NCBI GenBank assembly: GCA_001871435.1 | Contig: MNVC01000019.1 | Location: 218 to 64,217 of the forward strand | Length of the DNA stretch: 64,000 nt | From: Candidatus Magasanikbacteria bacterium CG1_02_32_51 | Lineage (GTDB): Bacteria > Patescibacteriota > Patescibacteriia > Magasanikbacterales > UBA922 | Direction: 5' to 3' | Part shown: positions 8,815 through 18,644 of the stretch, in pieces | Position numbering within the stretch: the stretch's first letter is position 1 | Layout: every line of letters starts with the position of its first letter | Made by a program: the position numbers and the translations under genes | The notes under the pieces: generated by a model | What the model was told of the DNA's origin: nothing | The model's database searches: none | The model's input: the letters and a program-made list of their open reading frames with translations, nothing else

Positions 8815-9807
8815 TTATTCTTTAGTACTGTGACCAACTATGGTCCTTTTTCTTAATTTTTGAATTAGCAAAAATATTTTATATTTGAAAGGATTCAAGA
8901 TTATTTCCAAGGGTTTTGGATAACATTCCAATTTGCCATTAAATCCTGCTTTGAACTTGGCTACACCGTCTAGAGGGTGAGATTTTTTCCAAGAATAATT
9001 ATGATGGGAATTTGTATCATTACTTCCCTTCTCTGCTGGTGGAGCCATACCCCAAAAGTCATAAACTTTACAGTCTAACTTTTTGGCTAATTTTATAATT
9101 TCAAATTGATTTAGATAAGGTCCCATGAGATTACGCTGGCTATTGGAAGATGCTCCAAACAAATAATACATAGTTTCATTGTATTTGAACACAATAGCTG
9201 AAGATAAGACATCATCTTCAAAGTAAGTAGTTAACTGATAAACACTATCTAATTTTAATAATTTTTCTATATAATTTTTATCATGACTTTTGATACTGTT
9301 TCTTTCTGTAGTCATTTCATTCAATTTCCAATATTTATTTATATCTTTTTCAATTTTACAAACAACACCCTTTTTTATGGCTAAGTTTATGTTGTATCTA
9401 GTTTTGGAATGCATCTCAGCCAAAATTTCATCTTCAGTTTTTTTTAGATCCAAAAGCCATGTGCATTCTGGTTGTCTATTTTTTACTTCTTTATACATAA
9501 AATATTTTGGCATTGTATAATTCAATCTTTCTACACGCCAAAATACAAAATTATTTATTTTCAAAAATTTACTTATTTCATCTAATAATTCTTCAGAAAA
9601 AGAAACTCTAGGAATATAAATAAATTTAAACCCTAAAATATTAGAGGTTATTACACCTTGAAATTGATTTTTTACATTATCTTTAGAAATAAATTCATAC
9701 CTTATTAATTTTCTTCCTGTATCTTTCAAAAATTCACCATATTCCCACGATTGCAAAAATTCTTCTTTAGTAGTCCATTCTTCTTTTTTAAAAACTTCTT
9801 TTATCAT
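8815..9807 (-). CDS. FemAB family peptidoglycan bridge aminoacyltransferase, paralog 1
   Basis: KFKAGFNGKL motif; similar length and organisation to the downstream paralog. Confidence 0.6.
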   Translation of the reverse strand: MIKEVFKKEEWTTKEEFLQSWEYGEFLKDTGRKLIRYEFISKDNVKNQFQGVITSNILGFKFIYIPRVSFSEELLDEISKFLKINNFVFWRVERLNYTMPKYFMYKEVKNRQPECTWLLDLKKTEDEILAEMHSKTRYNINLAIKKGVVCKIEKDINKYWKLNEMTTERNSIKSHDKNYIEKLLKLDSVYQLTTYFEDDVLSSAIVFKYNETMYYLFGASSNSQRNLMGPYLNQFEIIKLAKKLDCKVYDFWGMAPPAEKGSNDTNSHHNYSWKKSHPLDGVAKFKAGFNGKLECYPKPLEIILNPFKYKIFLLIQKLRKRTIVGHSTKE

Positions 9808-11039
9808 AAATTAACATTTATTAGTTCTGCTATTTTTTTAGCTTGGTTATAAGTAATATTTTTATTTGTTGGCAAATTTACAGTCAGTTTGGCTAATTTT
9901 TCAGCATTTGGACAACTACCATTTATATAACCTGTTTTTGACATATTTATATCCTTGTCTTTTGGTGCAATTACCGAATCATACCAGTTGCCCAAAATGA
10001 TTTTATGTTTTTTGGCCATTTTTATTAGTTCTTCTGGATTTTCAACTAAAATGGTATAGCGTAAAAAAATGTTGTCATCCGATACTGATGGTTTTTGCAT
10101 TTTATTACTATCCAAAAGTTTATCATAAATATGAGCAATCTCTTGACGGTGTTTATTCATTTCGTCCAATTTGTCGAGTTGGTTCAGCAAAATTTTGGCC
10201 AAAGAGTTGGGATATTTGGCTGGATAAAATTTTAGTTTGACACAAGATTTCTCTTTTTTGTATATTATTTTACTTGTTAAACCTATTTTTTGGGCAATAG
10301 CTAAGAAAATTTTACCAAGTACGATATCATACATCATTTTTCCAATATAAAAAACTGGGAAATTAAACAGATTTTGGAGAGTTGTCCTAATGGTTGATAA
10401 AGCTAATTTTTTGTTTAGCAATAATATTTTTTCAGCCAATTTCTCATTGTTAGTAATCAGTGCCCCACCACGAGAAGAAGAGATTATTTTGTCACTGCCA
10501 AAACTAAACATTCCTATATCTCCAAAAGTACCTGTTAATTTATCATTATATTTTGTTCCCAAAGAATGGGCACAATCTTCTATGACTATCAGATTATTTT
10601 CTTTAGCAATTTGCAGTAATTTGTTCAGATTTGCTGCTTTGCCAAAAGTATGTTGGATAATTAAGATTTTTGATTTTGTTGTGATTTTCTTTTTTAAATC
10701 TTCAACTTCCATATTGAAATTGTCATCCACATCTACATAAATTGGTTTTCCTCCTGCCCAATTTATTGCATTACTGACTACTAGACAAGTATAGGCTTGG
10801 ACTAAGACTTCGTCTTCACTTTTTATACCAACAGCTTCTATAGCTTTTTGCAAAGCAGTACGTCCACTATCAAAAGTAATAACAAATTTTGCATTAAAAT
10901 AATTTTGTAACCAGCTTTCTACTTCTAGAATATTTTTACCTTTTCGCAAATAAGGCCACTTCCAAGGTAAAAATAAAAAAGATAAGGAAGTCAAGGCATC
11001 TTTTTTATAAATATTAGGATGAAAACCAGTAAAAATCAT
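9804..11039 (-). CDS. DegT/DnrJ/EryC1/StrS family PLP-dependent aminotransferase
   Basis: FSFGSDKIISSSRGGAL matches the family's lysine-containing FSFHxxK motif. Confidence 0.7.
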   Translation of the reverse strand: MIFTGFHPNIYKKDALTSLSFLFLPWKWPYLRKGKNILEVESWLQNYFNAKFVITFDSGRTALQKAIEAVGIKSEDEVLVQAYTCLVVSNAINWAGGKPIYVDVDDNFNMEVEDLKKKITTKSKILIIQHTFGKAANLNKLLQIAKENNLIVIEDCAHSLGTKYNDKLTGTFGDIGMFSFGSDKIISSSRGGALITNNEKLAEKILLLNKKLALSTIRTTLQNLFNFPVFYIGKMMYDIVLGKIFLAIAQKIGLTSKIIYKKEKSCVKLKFYPAKYPNSLAKILLNQLDKLDEMNKHRQEIAHIYDKLLDSNKMQKPSVSDDNIFLRYTILVENPEELIKMAKKHKIILGNWYDSVIAPKDKDINMSKTGYINGSCPNAEKLAKLTVNLPTNKNITYNQAKKIAELINVNL

Positions 11040-11042
11040 AAA

Positions 11043-12635
11043 TTATTTTTTTAATTCGTATCTTATTATTTCTGGTATTCTATTTTCCAATAATATAACC
11101 GATTTTGTTTTTTTGTGTTCTTTTAGATAAGTTAACAATTCCAAACTATTTGTTTTGATCATTACTTTTGTCTGATATTTAGTACCTGCACCCTTTTTCA
11201 AAGGTTCTACAAAATCTGGGGTTATAATCACTAATTCATCAGCCATAAAGGCAATCTCTCCACCAATTTGTTCGTGAATTTCATTACTAAGTTCTCCAAG
11301 TTCAATAATTCCTCTAGTTATTACAATTTTTTGATATTCATGTGAATAATTAGCCAACATATTTATAGCAACTCTAAATCCATCAGGGTTAGAATTATAA
11401 GTATCGTCTATTATGATAGACTTACCATAATTATAGATTTGTAAAGCATGCTTTGGATTTTCTACTTTTTTGACAGCTTCTCTTATTTCTTCTAAAGAGA
11501 ATCCTAAATAATTAGCTACCAAAAGAGACGGCGCTAGATTCAAAATATTGTATTCACCAAAAAGTTTTGTTTGCAATTCTATATGAATTTCTTCACCGTT
11601 TAAATTTTTTTTGAATTTAAATAAAATACCTTCTTTATTACTTTCTATGCCTTCAATTAAACAAGTTGGATTGAATTCTTCTTCAAAACCAAAAGTCATA
11701 GTTTTAGCTTTTATTTCATTCAGGAATTCTCGACAATATTTATTATCAGAATTAGTTATAGCTAGACCATTTTTTGGTAAGTATTTTAATAATTCATATT
11801 TGGCTTTTTGGATATTTTCTATTGAACCAAAGAGACTCAAATGTTGTGGACTAATTGCTGTTAGAATACCTATTTTAGGATTTACAATATTACAATGTTC
11901 AAGTAAATCTCCCACTCTATAAGCTCCCATTTCTACCACAAAAAAATCAATATCTTTGAAATTAGTTTGTAAAATAAATTTACTAATACCAAAATCAGTA
12001 TTAACATTTTTTGGAGTTTTGACAACTTTAAATTTGTAAGAGAGCAAATCTGTTAGTATTTCTTTGGTGCTAGTCTTACCATAACTCCCTGTTATGCCGA
12101 TAACAGTTAAATTTATGTATTTAGCTAATTTTTTCTTTGCTAATTTAGCAGTATAATTTTTTATAAATTGTGTAATAACATTGAAAAAATTGATTATAAT
12201 AGTAATTAAAATAAATCTTAAGAAACTAAAAACAACTACAGTCCTAGGATCTTGAGTTTTTAAGAAAAAAATAGATTCTACAAAAATTACTACAAATAAA
12301 ATTAAAATAATTTTTAAGCTAAAGACGGGTCTTTTGATTGGTTTTTTCAAAATAATTTTCAGAATTAAGTAAACAAAATCCAATATAAAAATTAATAAAA
12401 TTACCCATTTTAATACTGCTAATTTTTGATCCCAAAAAAAGATTACCAAAATAAGAGGTATTTTGTATAAAAAATCATAACGAAAGAGTATTCTCTTTCC
12501 TTCTGTGGTATGTAACAAATCTAGAAATCTATCCCAACGGTATTCCTTGAGTTGCCAAAAATAAGCAAATTGAAGATATTCATTGCTCATACTAACAAAC
12601 CAGAAGAAAACTATTGCAAAGTCTATAATTTGCAT
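11043..12635 (-). CDS. murF: UDP-MurNAc-tripeptide D-Ala-D-Ala ligase MurF with an N-terminal polytopic membrane extension of about 170 aa
   Basis: GITGSYGKTSTKE P-loop and the MurF signature IIDDTYNSNPDGF (DDSYNANP). The first 170 aa or so are hydrophobic TM helices, which is unusual for MurF. Confidence 0.7.
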   Translation of the reverse strand: MQIIDFAIVFFWFVSMSNEYLQFAYFWQLKEYRWDRFLDLLHTTEGKRILFRYDFLYKIPLILVIFFWDQKLAVLKWVILLIFILDFVYLILKIILKKPIKRPVFSLKIILILFVVIFVESIFFLKTQDPRTVVVFSFLRFILITIIINFFNVITQFIKNYTAKLAKKKLAKYINLTVIGITGSYGKTSTKEILTDLLSYKFKVVKTPKNVNTDFGISKFILQTNFKDIDFFVVEMGAYRVGDLLEHCNIVNPKIGILTAISPQHLSLFGSIENIQKAKYELLKYLPKNGLAITNSDNKYCREFLNEIKAKTMTFGFEEEFNPTCLIEGIESNKEGILFKFKKNLNGEEIHIELQTKLFGEYNILNLAPSLLVANYLGFSLEEIREAVKKVENPKHALQIYNYGKSIIIDDTYNSNPDGFRVAINMLANYSHEYQKIVITRGIIELGELSNEIHEQIGGEIAFMADELVIITPDFVEPLKKGAGTKYQTKVMIKTNSLELLTYLKEHKKTKSVILLENRIPEIIRYELKK

Positions 12636-12646
12636 ATTAAATAAAT

Positions 12647-13399
12647 TTATTTTTTAGAAAAAGAAATTATTAAATTTATCAATTCTTGTTTTTTCCAAAG
12701 GTACAGACCATGTGTACCTCCTTTTATTATTTCCAATTTTGCTCCAACAATATTTTTGGTTATTTTTTCACCATCTTTTATAGATACGTAGTCATCTTTG
12801 TCTCCCCAAACCACCAAAGTTGGGATTTTTATTTTTGGTAAAAATTCACTTACATCTTGCTTGGTAATTTTTAGAAAAATATCCTTCTTAATGCCTGTAG
12901 CTCTATTGTAGTCACCTGTCCCAGCTAACTTATAAATAACTTTACGCATAAAGTCTGCCAACTTGTCTAATACTGGTAAACTAAATACTATTTTACCACT
13001 TTTGGCAATGAATTTGAAGATTTTGTTTTTCAAACTCTCTGGTCGACGATACACAGCAGCTCCACTCAAAATAAGTTTGTCTACTATATTTTGATTATGA
13101 CCTAGTAAATAAGTAGCAATTTGACCACCAAAGCTATGTCCGAGTAAAATAGTTTGTTGATTAAATTTTTTCAAAGCAATTAGTCTATTAGTTACAAACT
13201 GTGAGTACTCCTCCACACCCCAGATTGAGCTAGGACAAGGCTCTTTGCCAAAACAAGGTAATTCTATTACTTCTACTTCAAAATCGTTTAGAGCTAAGGA
13301 AACAAAATCAGACCAAGTTTCTTTTGAGCCACTCCAACCGGGAATGATAATTAGTTTTGTTTTTTGAGGAGTTATCTCCATAATTTTGAAATTTTTCAA
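12647..13399 (-). CDS. alpha/beta hydrolase fold protein
   Basis: GHSFGG nucleophile elbow; 250 aa. Confidence 0.55.
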   Translation of the reverse strand: MKNFKIMEITPQKTKLIIIPGWSGSKETWSDFVSLALNDFEVEVIELPCFGKEPCPSSIWGVEEYSQFVTNRLIALKKFNQQTILLGHSFGGQIATYLLGHNQNIVDKLILSGAAVYRRPESLKNKIFKFIAKSGKIVFSLPVLDKLADFMRKVIYKLAGTGDYNRATGIKKDIFLKITKQDVSEFLPKIKIPTLVVWGDKDDYVSIKDGEKITKNIVGAKLEIIKGGTHGLYLWKKQELINLIISFSKK

Positions 13400-13425
13400 T
13401 ATATTACTTAATCTGTCTATTCTGC

Positions 13426-14691
13426 TTACTTTGCTTTACTAATAAATTCCTTGCCTACAAACTTCTGTAAAACTTTTGGAATTTTGATACTGCCATCAGC
13501 TTGTTGATTATTTTCTATTATGGCAATCGGGAAACGACTAAGCACTACAGCCGTGCCATTTAGGGTATGCACAAATTCGTTTTTACCTTCATCATTTCTA
13601 TATTTGATATTTAGTCTTCTTGCTTGATAGTCTGTACAATTACTGGTACTCGTAATCTCACCATAACCACCTTTAGCTTTAGCTTCAGCTTTCATAGTCA
13701 TCCAAGCTTCTAAGTCGTATTTACGAAAAGCTGGACCACCTAATTCCCCTGTTGGAGTATCAATTACGCGATAAGGAATTTCTAGGCCGTCACAAATTTC
13801 TTTTTCAATACTTAATAATTCTTGATGTAATTTTTCACTGTCTTCTGGTTTACAAAAAATAAACATTTCTAATTTGGTAAATTGATGAACACGATAAAGA
13901 CCTTTACTAGTGCGACCATAGGCCCCAGCTTCAGTACGGAAACAATGTGACATTGCTGTATATTTCTTTGGTCCATTATTCAAATCCAAAATTTCATCAG
14001 CATGAAACCCTAGCATAGTAATTTCAGCAGTCCCAACAAGACTCAAATCTTCATCAGCAAGATTATAAACTTGTTTTTCTGTCCCACGAGGATTGAAGCC
14101 AGCTCCAAGCAAGATTTCATGTTTAGCAAGATCAGGAGTTTCAATAAGATTATAACCATGTTTTTCCAAAATCTCCATACCATAATTTAGTAAGGCTTGA
14201 TTTAATTTTACCATATCATTTTTGACAAAATAAAATTTACTTCCAGAAACTTTGGCTCCACGTTCAAAGTCTACCAAATCAAGGTTTATCATCAATTCTT
14301 CATGATCTTTGGCTTCAAAATCAAAATTTGGGATAGCTCCCCTTTCTTCAATCACAACAAAATCATCTTCACCACCAATAGGACTTTTTTTGTGAGTCAT
14401 ATTTGGTACCTGAAGCATTAAGTTTAAATAACTTTCTTCAATAGTTTTCAATTCTTCTTCTAGAAATTTTATTTTCTCTCCCACTTCACGCATTTGTTTG
14501 ATTTCATCTTCACTTGGTTTACCTTTGGAGCTACTATTTCTTTTGGAACGGAGTTCTTCTGTTTCTTGCATTTTCTCTCTTTTTTGTTTATCAAAATCAA
14601 GTAGCTTATCAATATCTACTTTTACTTTTCTATTTTGACAGTTTTTTTTGACTAATTCGCTATTGTCGCGAATAAATTTTATGTCTAGCAT
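13426..14691 (-). CDS. serS: seryl-tRNA synthetase
   Basis: N-terminal coiled-coil arm and class II motif 2 (FRTEAGAYGRTSKGLYRVHQF). Confidence 0.9.
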   Translation of the reverse strand: MLDIKFIRDNSELVKKNCQNRKVKVDIDKLLDFDKQKREKMQETEELRSKRNSSSKGKPSEDEIKQMREVGEKIKFLEEELKTIEESYLNLMLQVPNMTHKKSPIGGEDDFVVIEERGAIPNFDFEAKDHEELMINLDLVDFERGAKVSGSKFYFVKNDMVKLNQALLNYGMEILEKHGYNLIETPDLAKHEILLGAGFNPRGTEKQVYNLADEDLSLVGTAEITMLGFHADEILDLNNGPKKYTAMSHCFRTEAGAYGRTSKGLYRVHQFTKLEMFIFCKPEDSEKLHQELLSIEKEICDGLEIPYRVIDTPTGELGGPAFRKYDLEAWMTMKAEAKAKGGYGEITSTSNCTDYQARRLNIKYRNDEGKNEFVHTLNGTAVVLSRFPIAIIENNQQADGSIKIPKVLQKFVGKEFISKAK

Positions 14692-14702
14692 ATAGGTTTT
14701 AT

Positions 14703-14738
14703 CATCCTGAGCCGGCGAAGCACGGCGTAGGATCTTTC
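14703..14738 (-). promoter_or_regulatory. start-codon-abutting GC hairpin motif (member 2), upstream of serS
   Basis: In mRNA sense: gauccu-acgccgugcuucgccggcuc-aggaug, 12 nt before the ATG. The 10-mer tcatcctgag recurs inverted at 14846-14855, overlapping the stop codon of the next gene. Confidence 0.5.
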
Positions 14739-14846
14739 TTAAATATATAAATGTTTTTAATTAATAAATCTGGAATTGATTCTAAAAAATGTTTTTGAAT
14801 AAATAAAAGTAATCAGGGTCTACAGATCCTTCATCGTATTCTCGAC

Positions 14847-15926
14847 TCAGGATGACATTTCATTGATAACTTCTCTTATTTCTGGTAATAAATTTATTAA
14901 AAATTCTTTGTTTTTTTCTATAAAATCATAATTTGTAAGATCATCCAAATTAACAAATTTAGTTTCCATTACCTCTGTATCATTTATTTCACCTACACTT
15001 TCTATATATTTACAAACAAAAGGTATAAGATAAACTTGATAGTTAAAATTTTTACCAGTACTCGCCACTACCTGTATTTCGTTTAGTTGTTTTATAATTT
15101 CTACTTTACAAGCTGTTTCTTCTAGAATTTCACGTTTTACATTTTCTTCTAATTTTTCACCATATTCCATACTGCCACCTGGCAATTCCCATTTACCATG
15201 AAATCTAGGATTATGAGGATCATTGCGTTTGGAGATAAGCATCTTACCTTCTTTGATAATTATTCCTACTGGTACGACAATATGTTTGTTAGAAAAATGG
15301 TCAGCCAAAAAATATTTTATTTTATTTAGAGCTATACCTCTGTGAGAAGTTGCATTTTTTTCTACAGTAGTTAATTCAGAATAAGTTTTATTCAAATCTG
15401 GTAAATAAAATATTGGATCATAACCAAAACCATTAGCGATCCTTTCTTCTTTTAAAACTTTTCCTTTTCTTTCTCCATAAGCTAAAAACAGTTCTTCTTT
15501 ATCTGGATTGTACAAAGCTGATACAGCTTTGAAACTGGCAGTTAATTTTTCTTCAGGAATGTCTTTTACTTTTTCTAGCAAAACTTTTCTTCTGTCTTCG
15601 GCATCTTTACCAATACGAGCACTAATCACTCCAGGCCAACCATCAAGAGTATCAACAAAAATCCCTCCGTCGTCTGCCAGAGACATTAGACCTGTTTTGT
15701 CAGCATAATATTTGGCTTTTAGAATGGCATTACCTTCAATAGTTTTTTCACTTTCTTCTGGTTCTTCTGGAATATTTTTCAAATCTTTTAGAGACAAAAA
15801 ATCAAAATTCAAATCATGTAAAAATTTTTTTATTTCTGTAAATTTTCCTTCATTGGTAGTAGCAATTAGAATTTGCCTTTTTTCTTCTAACATAATGGAA
15901 TTTATATATTTGGCGTAGTTTGACAA
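14847..15926 (-). CDS. fusion of non-canonical purine NTP pyrophosphatase (Ham1/RdgB) and a NUDIX hydrolase
   Basis: N-terminal ILIATTNEGKFTEIKKF and a Ham1-like body. The C-terminus carries a Nudix box (GKWELPGGSMEYGEKLEENVKREILEETA). Confidence 0.7.
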   Translation of the reverse strand: MSNYAKYINSIMLEEKRQILIATTNEGKFTEIKKFLHDLNFDFLSLKDLKNIPEEPEESEKTIEGNAILKAKYYADKTGLMSLADDGGIFVDTLDGWPGVISARIGKDAEDRRKVLLEKVKDIPEEKLTASFKAVSALYNPDKEELFLAYGERKGKVLKEERIANGFGYDPIFYLPDLNKTYSELTTVEKNATSHRGIALNKIKYFLADHFSNKHIVVPVGIIIKEGKMLISKRNDPHNPRFHGKWELPGGSMEYGEKLEENVKREILEETACKVEIIKQLNEIQVVASTGKNFNYQVYLIPFVCKYIESVGEINDTEVMETKFVNLDDLTNYDFIEKNKEFLINLLPEIREVINEMSS

Positions 15927-15960
15927 ATTTCGCTTCTCTCAATTTGTCATTCCTTATATT

Positions 15961-16380
15961 TTATAACATTTTACTTAATTTTTTTCTTATATTTCCAGAC
16001 TTGTATTGTTCTGGTTTGTAAGATTTGAGTCGAATAACTTTTGTAGTCAACTTAAATTCTTTAATTTTATTTTCTAATTTATCAATAAAATGTTGCTGAT
16101 CATAACCAAGAGCTATTATATCTGGTTTTTCTATTTTAATAACTTTATAATAATTTATTTTGTTACCAAAAATAGCTTTATCAATTAATTTCAAATTTTG
16201 TAAAAATTCTAATCTATTTTTTTCATTATGAATTAATTTTTTTTTCTTTATACTTTCAGATGTTTTATCACGTGCTACTACTACCACTAAATAGTTACCT
16301 AATTTTTTAGCTTGTCTAAAAAGATTTATATGTCCAAGATGGACAATATCAAAAGTTCCAAAAATCATTATCTTCTTCAT
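15961..16380 (-). CDS. cytidylyltransferase-like nucleotidyltransferase (TagD/RibL-like HIGH family)
   Basis: MIFGTFDIVHLGHINLF HxGH motif; 139 aa; overall similarity to glycerol-3-P cytidylyltransferase / FAD synthase RibL. Confidence 0.55.
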   Translation of the reverse strand: MKKIMIFGTFDIVHLGHINLFRQAKKLGNYLVVVVARDKTSESIKKKKLIHNEKNRLEFLQNLKLIDKAIFGNKINYYKVIKIEKPDIIALGYDQQHFIDKLENKIKEFKLTTKVIRLKSYKPEQYKSGNIRKKLSKML

Positions 16381-16394
16381 ACTTCATGCAAAAT

Positions 16395-17900
16395 TTATTT
16401 TTTCTTTTCTTTCTTATTTTTTATCTCTTCCACAACCAAAGGTTTCATCAATGGAAAAGCTGTCACTTCACGTAAAGTATGTGAACCTGTAATCAAAGCT
16501 ACAAATCTGTCTATGCCAATACCTGTACCAGTTGCTGGGGGCATACCATACTCCAAAGCCTCAACAAAATCCCAATCATTGGCCATAGCTTCATCATCAC
16601 CGCTTGCTTTGTTCTTGGTTTGATCTTCAAATCTTTTTATTTGGTCAAGAGGATCATTTAATTCAGTATAAGAATTACTCAATTCAAAGCCATTGACAAT
16701 AAGTTGAAACATTTCGGTATAGCGGGGGTCAACTGATTTTTTGGCTAAAGGTTTTAGTTCAATTGGATAATTTAAGACAAAAGTTGGCTGAATAATTTTT
16801 GGACGAGCTGATTGTTTATATAAATTGTCTAATAATTTTCCTCTCTCAGTTAAATTTTCATGGTCATAACTTTTTTCCTTCATAATCATTTTTAACTCTT
16901 CAATATCTGTATATTTGTTAATATCTATACCTGAGTATTTTAATACCGCTTCATGAAAAGTTATTCTAGGATATGGAGTTTCAAAATTTATTTTTTGTCC
17001 ATCAATTTCTACTTCTAATTTACCAATGGATTTTTCAATCACAAAAGGAATCATTTTTTCATGAAGTTTCATATTATCTTCGTAATCTGCAAAAGCCCAA
17101 TAGTATTCAAGCATCGTAAATTCTGGATTATGTTGATGATCAACACCTTCATTTCTAAAAGCCCTACCAATTTCAAATGTTTTTTCAAAACCTCCAACCA
17201 ATAATCTTTTTTGCCATAATTCACCAATGCAAATACGCAAATGTACGTCCAAATCATAAGCGTTTAAATGTGTATCAAAAGTCTTGGCCATTGCTCCAGA
17301 AGCAATAGTTTCTAAAACTGGAGTTTCTACTTCAATAAAATTTTCTGATTGTAAAAATTCACGAAGATAACGCAAAATTTTTCCTCTAACAATAATTTTT
17401 TCTTTTTCTTCTGGATTAACCAAAAAATCAAGATATCTTTTACGATAACGCATTTCTTCATCATTCAAACCATGAAATTTGTCAGGTAAAGGTAAAAGTG
17501 CTTTTGATAATATTGTCCATTTACTTACTAAAATAGAAGGTTCGCCTTTATGAGTAATAAATTTTTTACCTTCTATTTCTATGATATCCCCAGAATCTAT
17601 TTTTTTGATAAAAAGTTTATAATTTTCAATTCCTAAATCATCTTGTTTGAAAGCAATCTGCATACGTCCAGATTCATCTTGCAAATGACAAAATGTTAGT
17701 TTACCCATTTCACGTTTGGTCATAATGCGTCCAGCAACGCTAAGAAAAGTTTCTACTTCAGAATCTAAAGCTTGTTTAATAGTTTGTTTACGATTATTTT
17801 TTGCTGGAAAAGGATCAATTTCTATTTCCTCTAGTTCTTTCAATTTTTTGAGACGAATTTTGCGTTCGTCATTGATATTAAATTCAGTAGTTTGAAACAT
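16395..17900 (-). CDS. lysS: lysyl-tRNA synthetase (class II)
   Basis: N-terminal OB anticodon-binding domain; class II motifs including FRNEG and GxGIDR. Confidence 0.9.
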   Translation of the reverse strand: MFQTTEFNINDERKIRLKKLKELEEIEIDPFPAKNNRKQTIKQALDSEVETFLSVAGRIMTKREMGKLTFCHLQDESGRMQIAFKQDDLGIENYKLFIKKIDSGDIIEIEGKKFITHKGEPSILVSKWTILSKALLPLPDKFHGLNDEEMRYRKRYLDFLVNPEEKEKIIVRGKILRYLREFLQSENFIEVETPVLETIASGAMAKTFDTHLNAYDLDVHLRICIGELWQKRLLVGGFEKTFEIGRAFRNEGVDHQHNPEFTMLEYYWAFADYEDNMKLHEKMIPFVIEKSIGKLEVEIDGQKINFETPYPRITFHEAVLKYSGIDINKYTDIEELKMIMKEKSYDHENLTERGKLLDNLYKQSARPKIIQPTFVLNYPIELKPLAKKSVDPRYTEMFQLIVNGFELSNSYTELNDPLDQIKRFEDQTKNKASGDDEAMANDWDFVEALEYGMPPATGTGIGIDRFVALITGSHTLREVTAFPLMKPLVVEEIKNKKEKKK

Positions 17901-17963
17901 AGCGTTTTTACTTAAAAAGTTGCTAAATTATTGTTTAATTGTAACAGATTGTTGTTAAAATTA

Positions 17964-17988
17964 CAAATACTCCTAGAAAAGGAGTATT
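17964..17988. terminator. perfect 10-bp-stem hairpin between greA and lysS (aaatactcct-agaa-aggagtattt)
   Basis: Palindrome read directly; the flanking U/A tracts are weak. Confidence 0.35.
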
Positions 17989-18054
17989 TATGCTTAAATT
18001 AGCTTTTTTAAAATAAAATATCTTATTACTTTATAAACTTTTAACTTTTTTTAT

Positions 18055-18516
18055 CTATTTAATATCAATTATCTTATAAATCTGTATTCCTGCTGGCAAA
18101 GTAGCCTGTACTTCGTCATTTTTATTTCTACCCAAAAATGCTGAACCAAGTGGTGATTCATTAGAAATTTTTCCAGACAAAGGATCTGCCTCTTGTGCTC
18201 CAACAATAGTGTATTCTTTTTCTTTTCCATTTACTTTTACTTTGACAGTAGAGCCAATTTGGACTTTGTTACCTTTTTCTTCAGAAATAATTTCGGCATT
18301 ATTTATTAGATTATCAAGTTCTAATACTCTACTTTTGGTCCAAGACATTTCATCGCGAGCAGCATGATATTCTGCATTTTCTGACAAATCACCCATTTGT
18401 TTGGCTTCATCAATTCTTTTGGCGATTGCTATTATTTTTATTTCTTTTAATTCCTTCAATTCTTGTTTTAGAGTATTTAACTTTGATTGACTCATATATT
18501 GGATATCATCTGTCAT
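18055..18516 (-). CDS. greA: transcription elongation factor GreA
   Basis: N-terminal coiled coil and C-terminal FKBP-like domain (SNESPLGSAFLGRNKNDEV). Confidence 0.85.
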   Translation of the reverse strand: MTDDIQYMSQSKLNTLKQELKELKEIKIIAIAKRIDEAKQMGDLSENAEYHAARDEMSWTKSRVLELDNLINNAEIISEEKGNKVQIGSTVKVKVNGKEKEYTIVGAQEADPLSGKISNESPLGSAFLGRNKNDEVQATLPAGIQIYKIIDIK

Positions 18517-18549
18517 ATATTTTTATTTTTAATGATTAAAACTTTAGTG

Positions 18550-18576
18550 AAAAAAATAGAACCGCAATATGCGGAT
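18550..18576 (-). terminator. intrinsic terminator downstream of mrdA (ccgcauauugcgg followed by a U7 run in minus sense)
   Basis: Hairpin 18563-18575 followed on the minus strand by the A7 (U7) run at 18551-18557. Confidence 0.5.
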
Positions 18577-18644
18577 TTAGGTATTTATATAGTATAACAG
18601 TTTTTGTTTTAAGGTCAAGTTTTAGTCTAAAAAAATTCAAAGAA

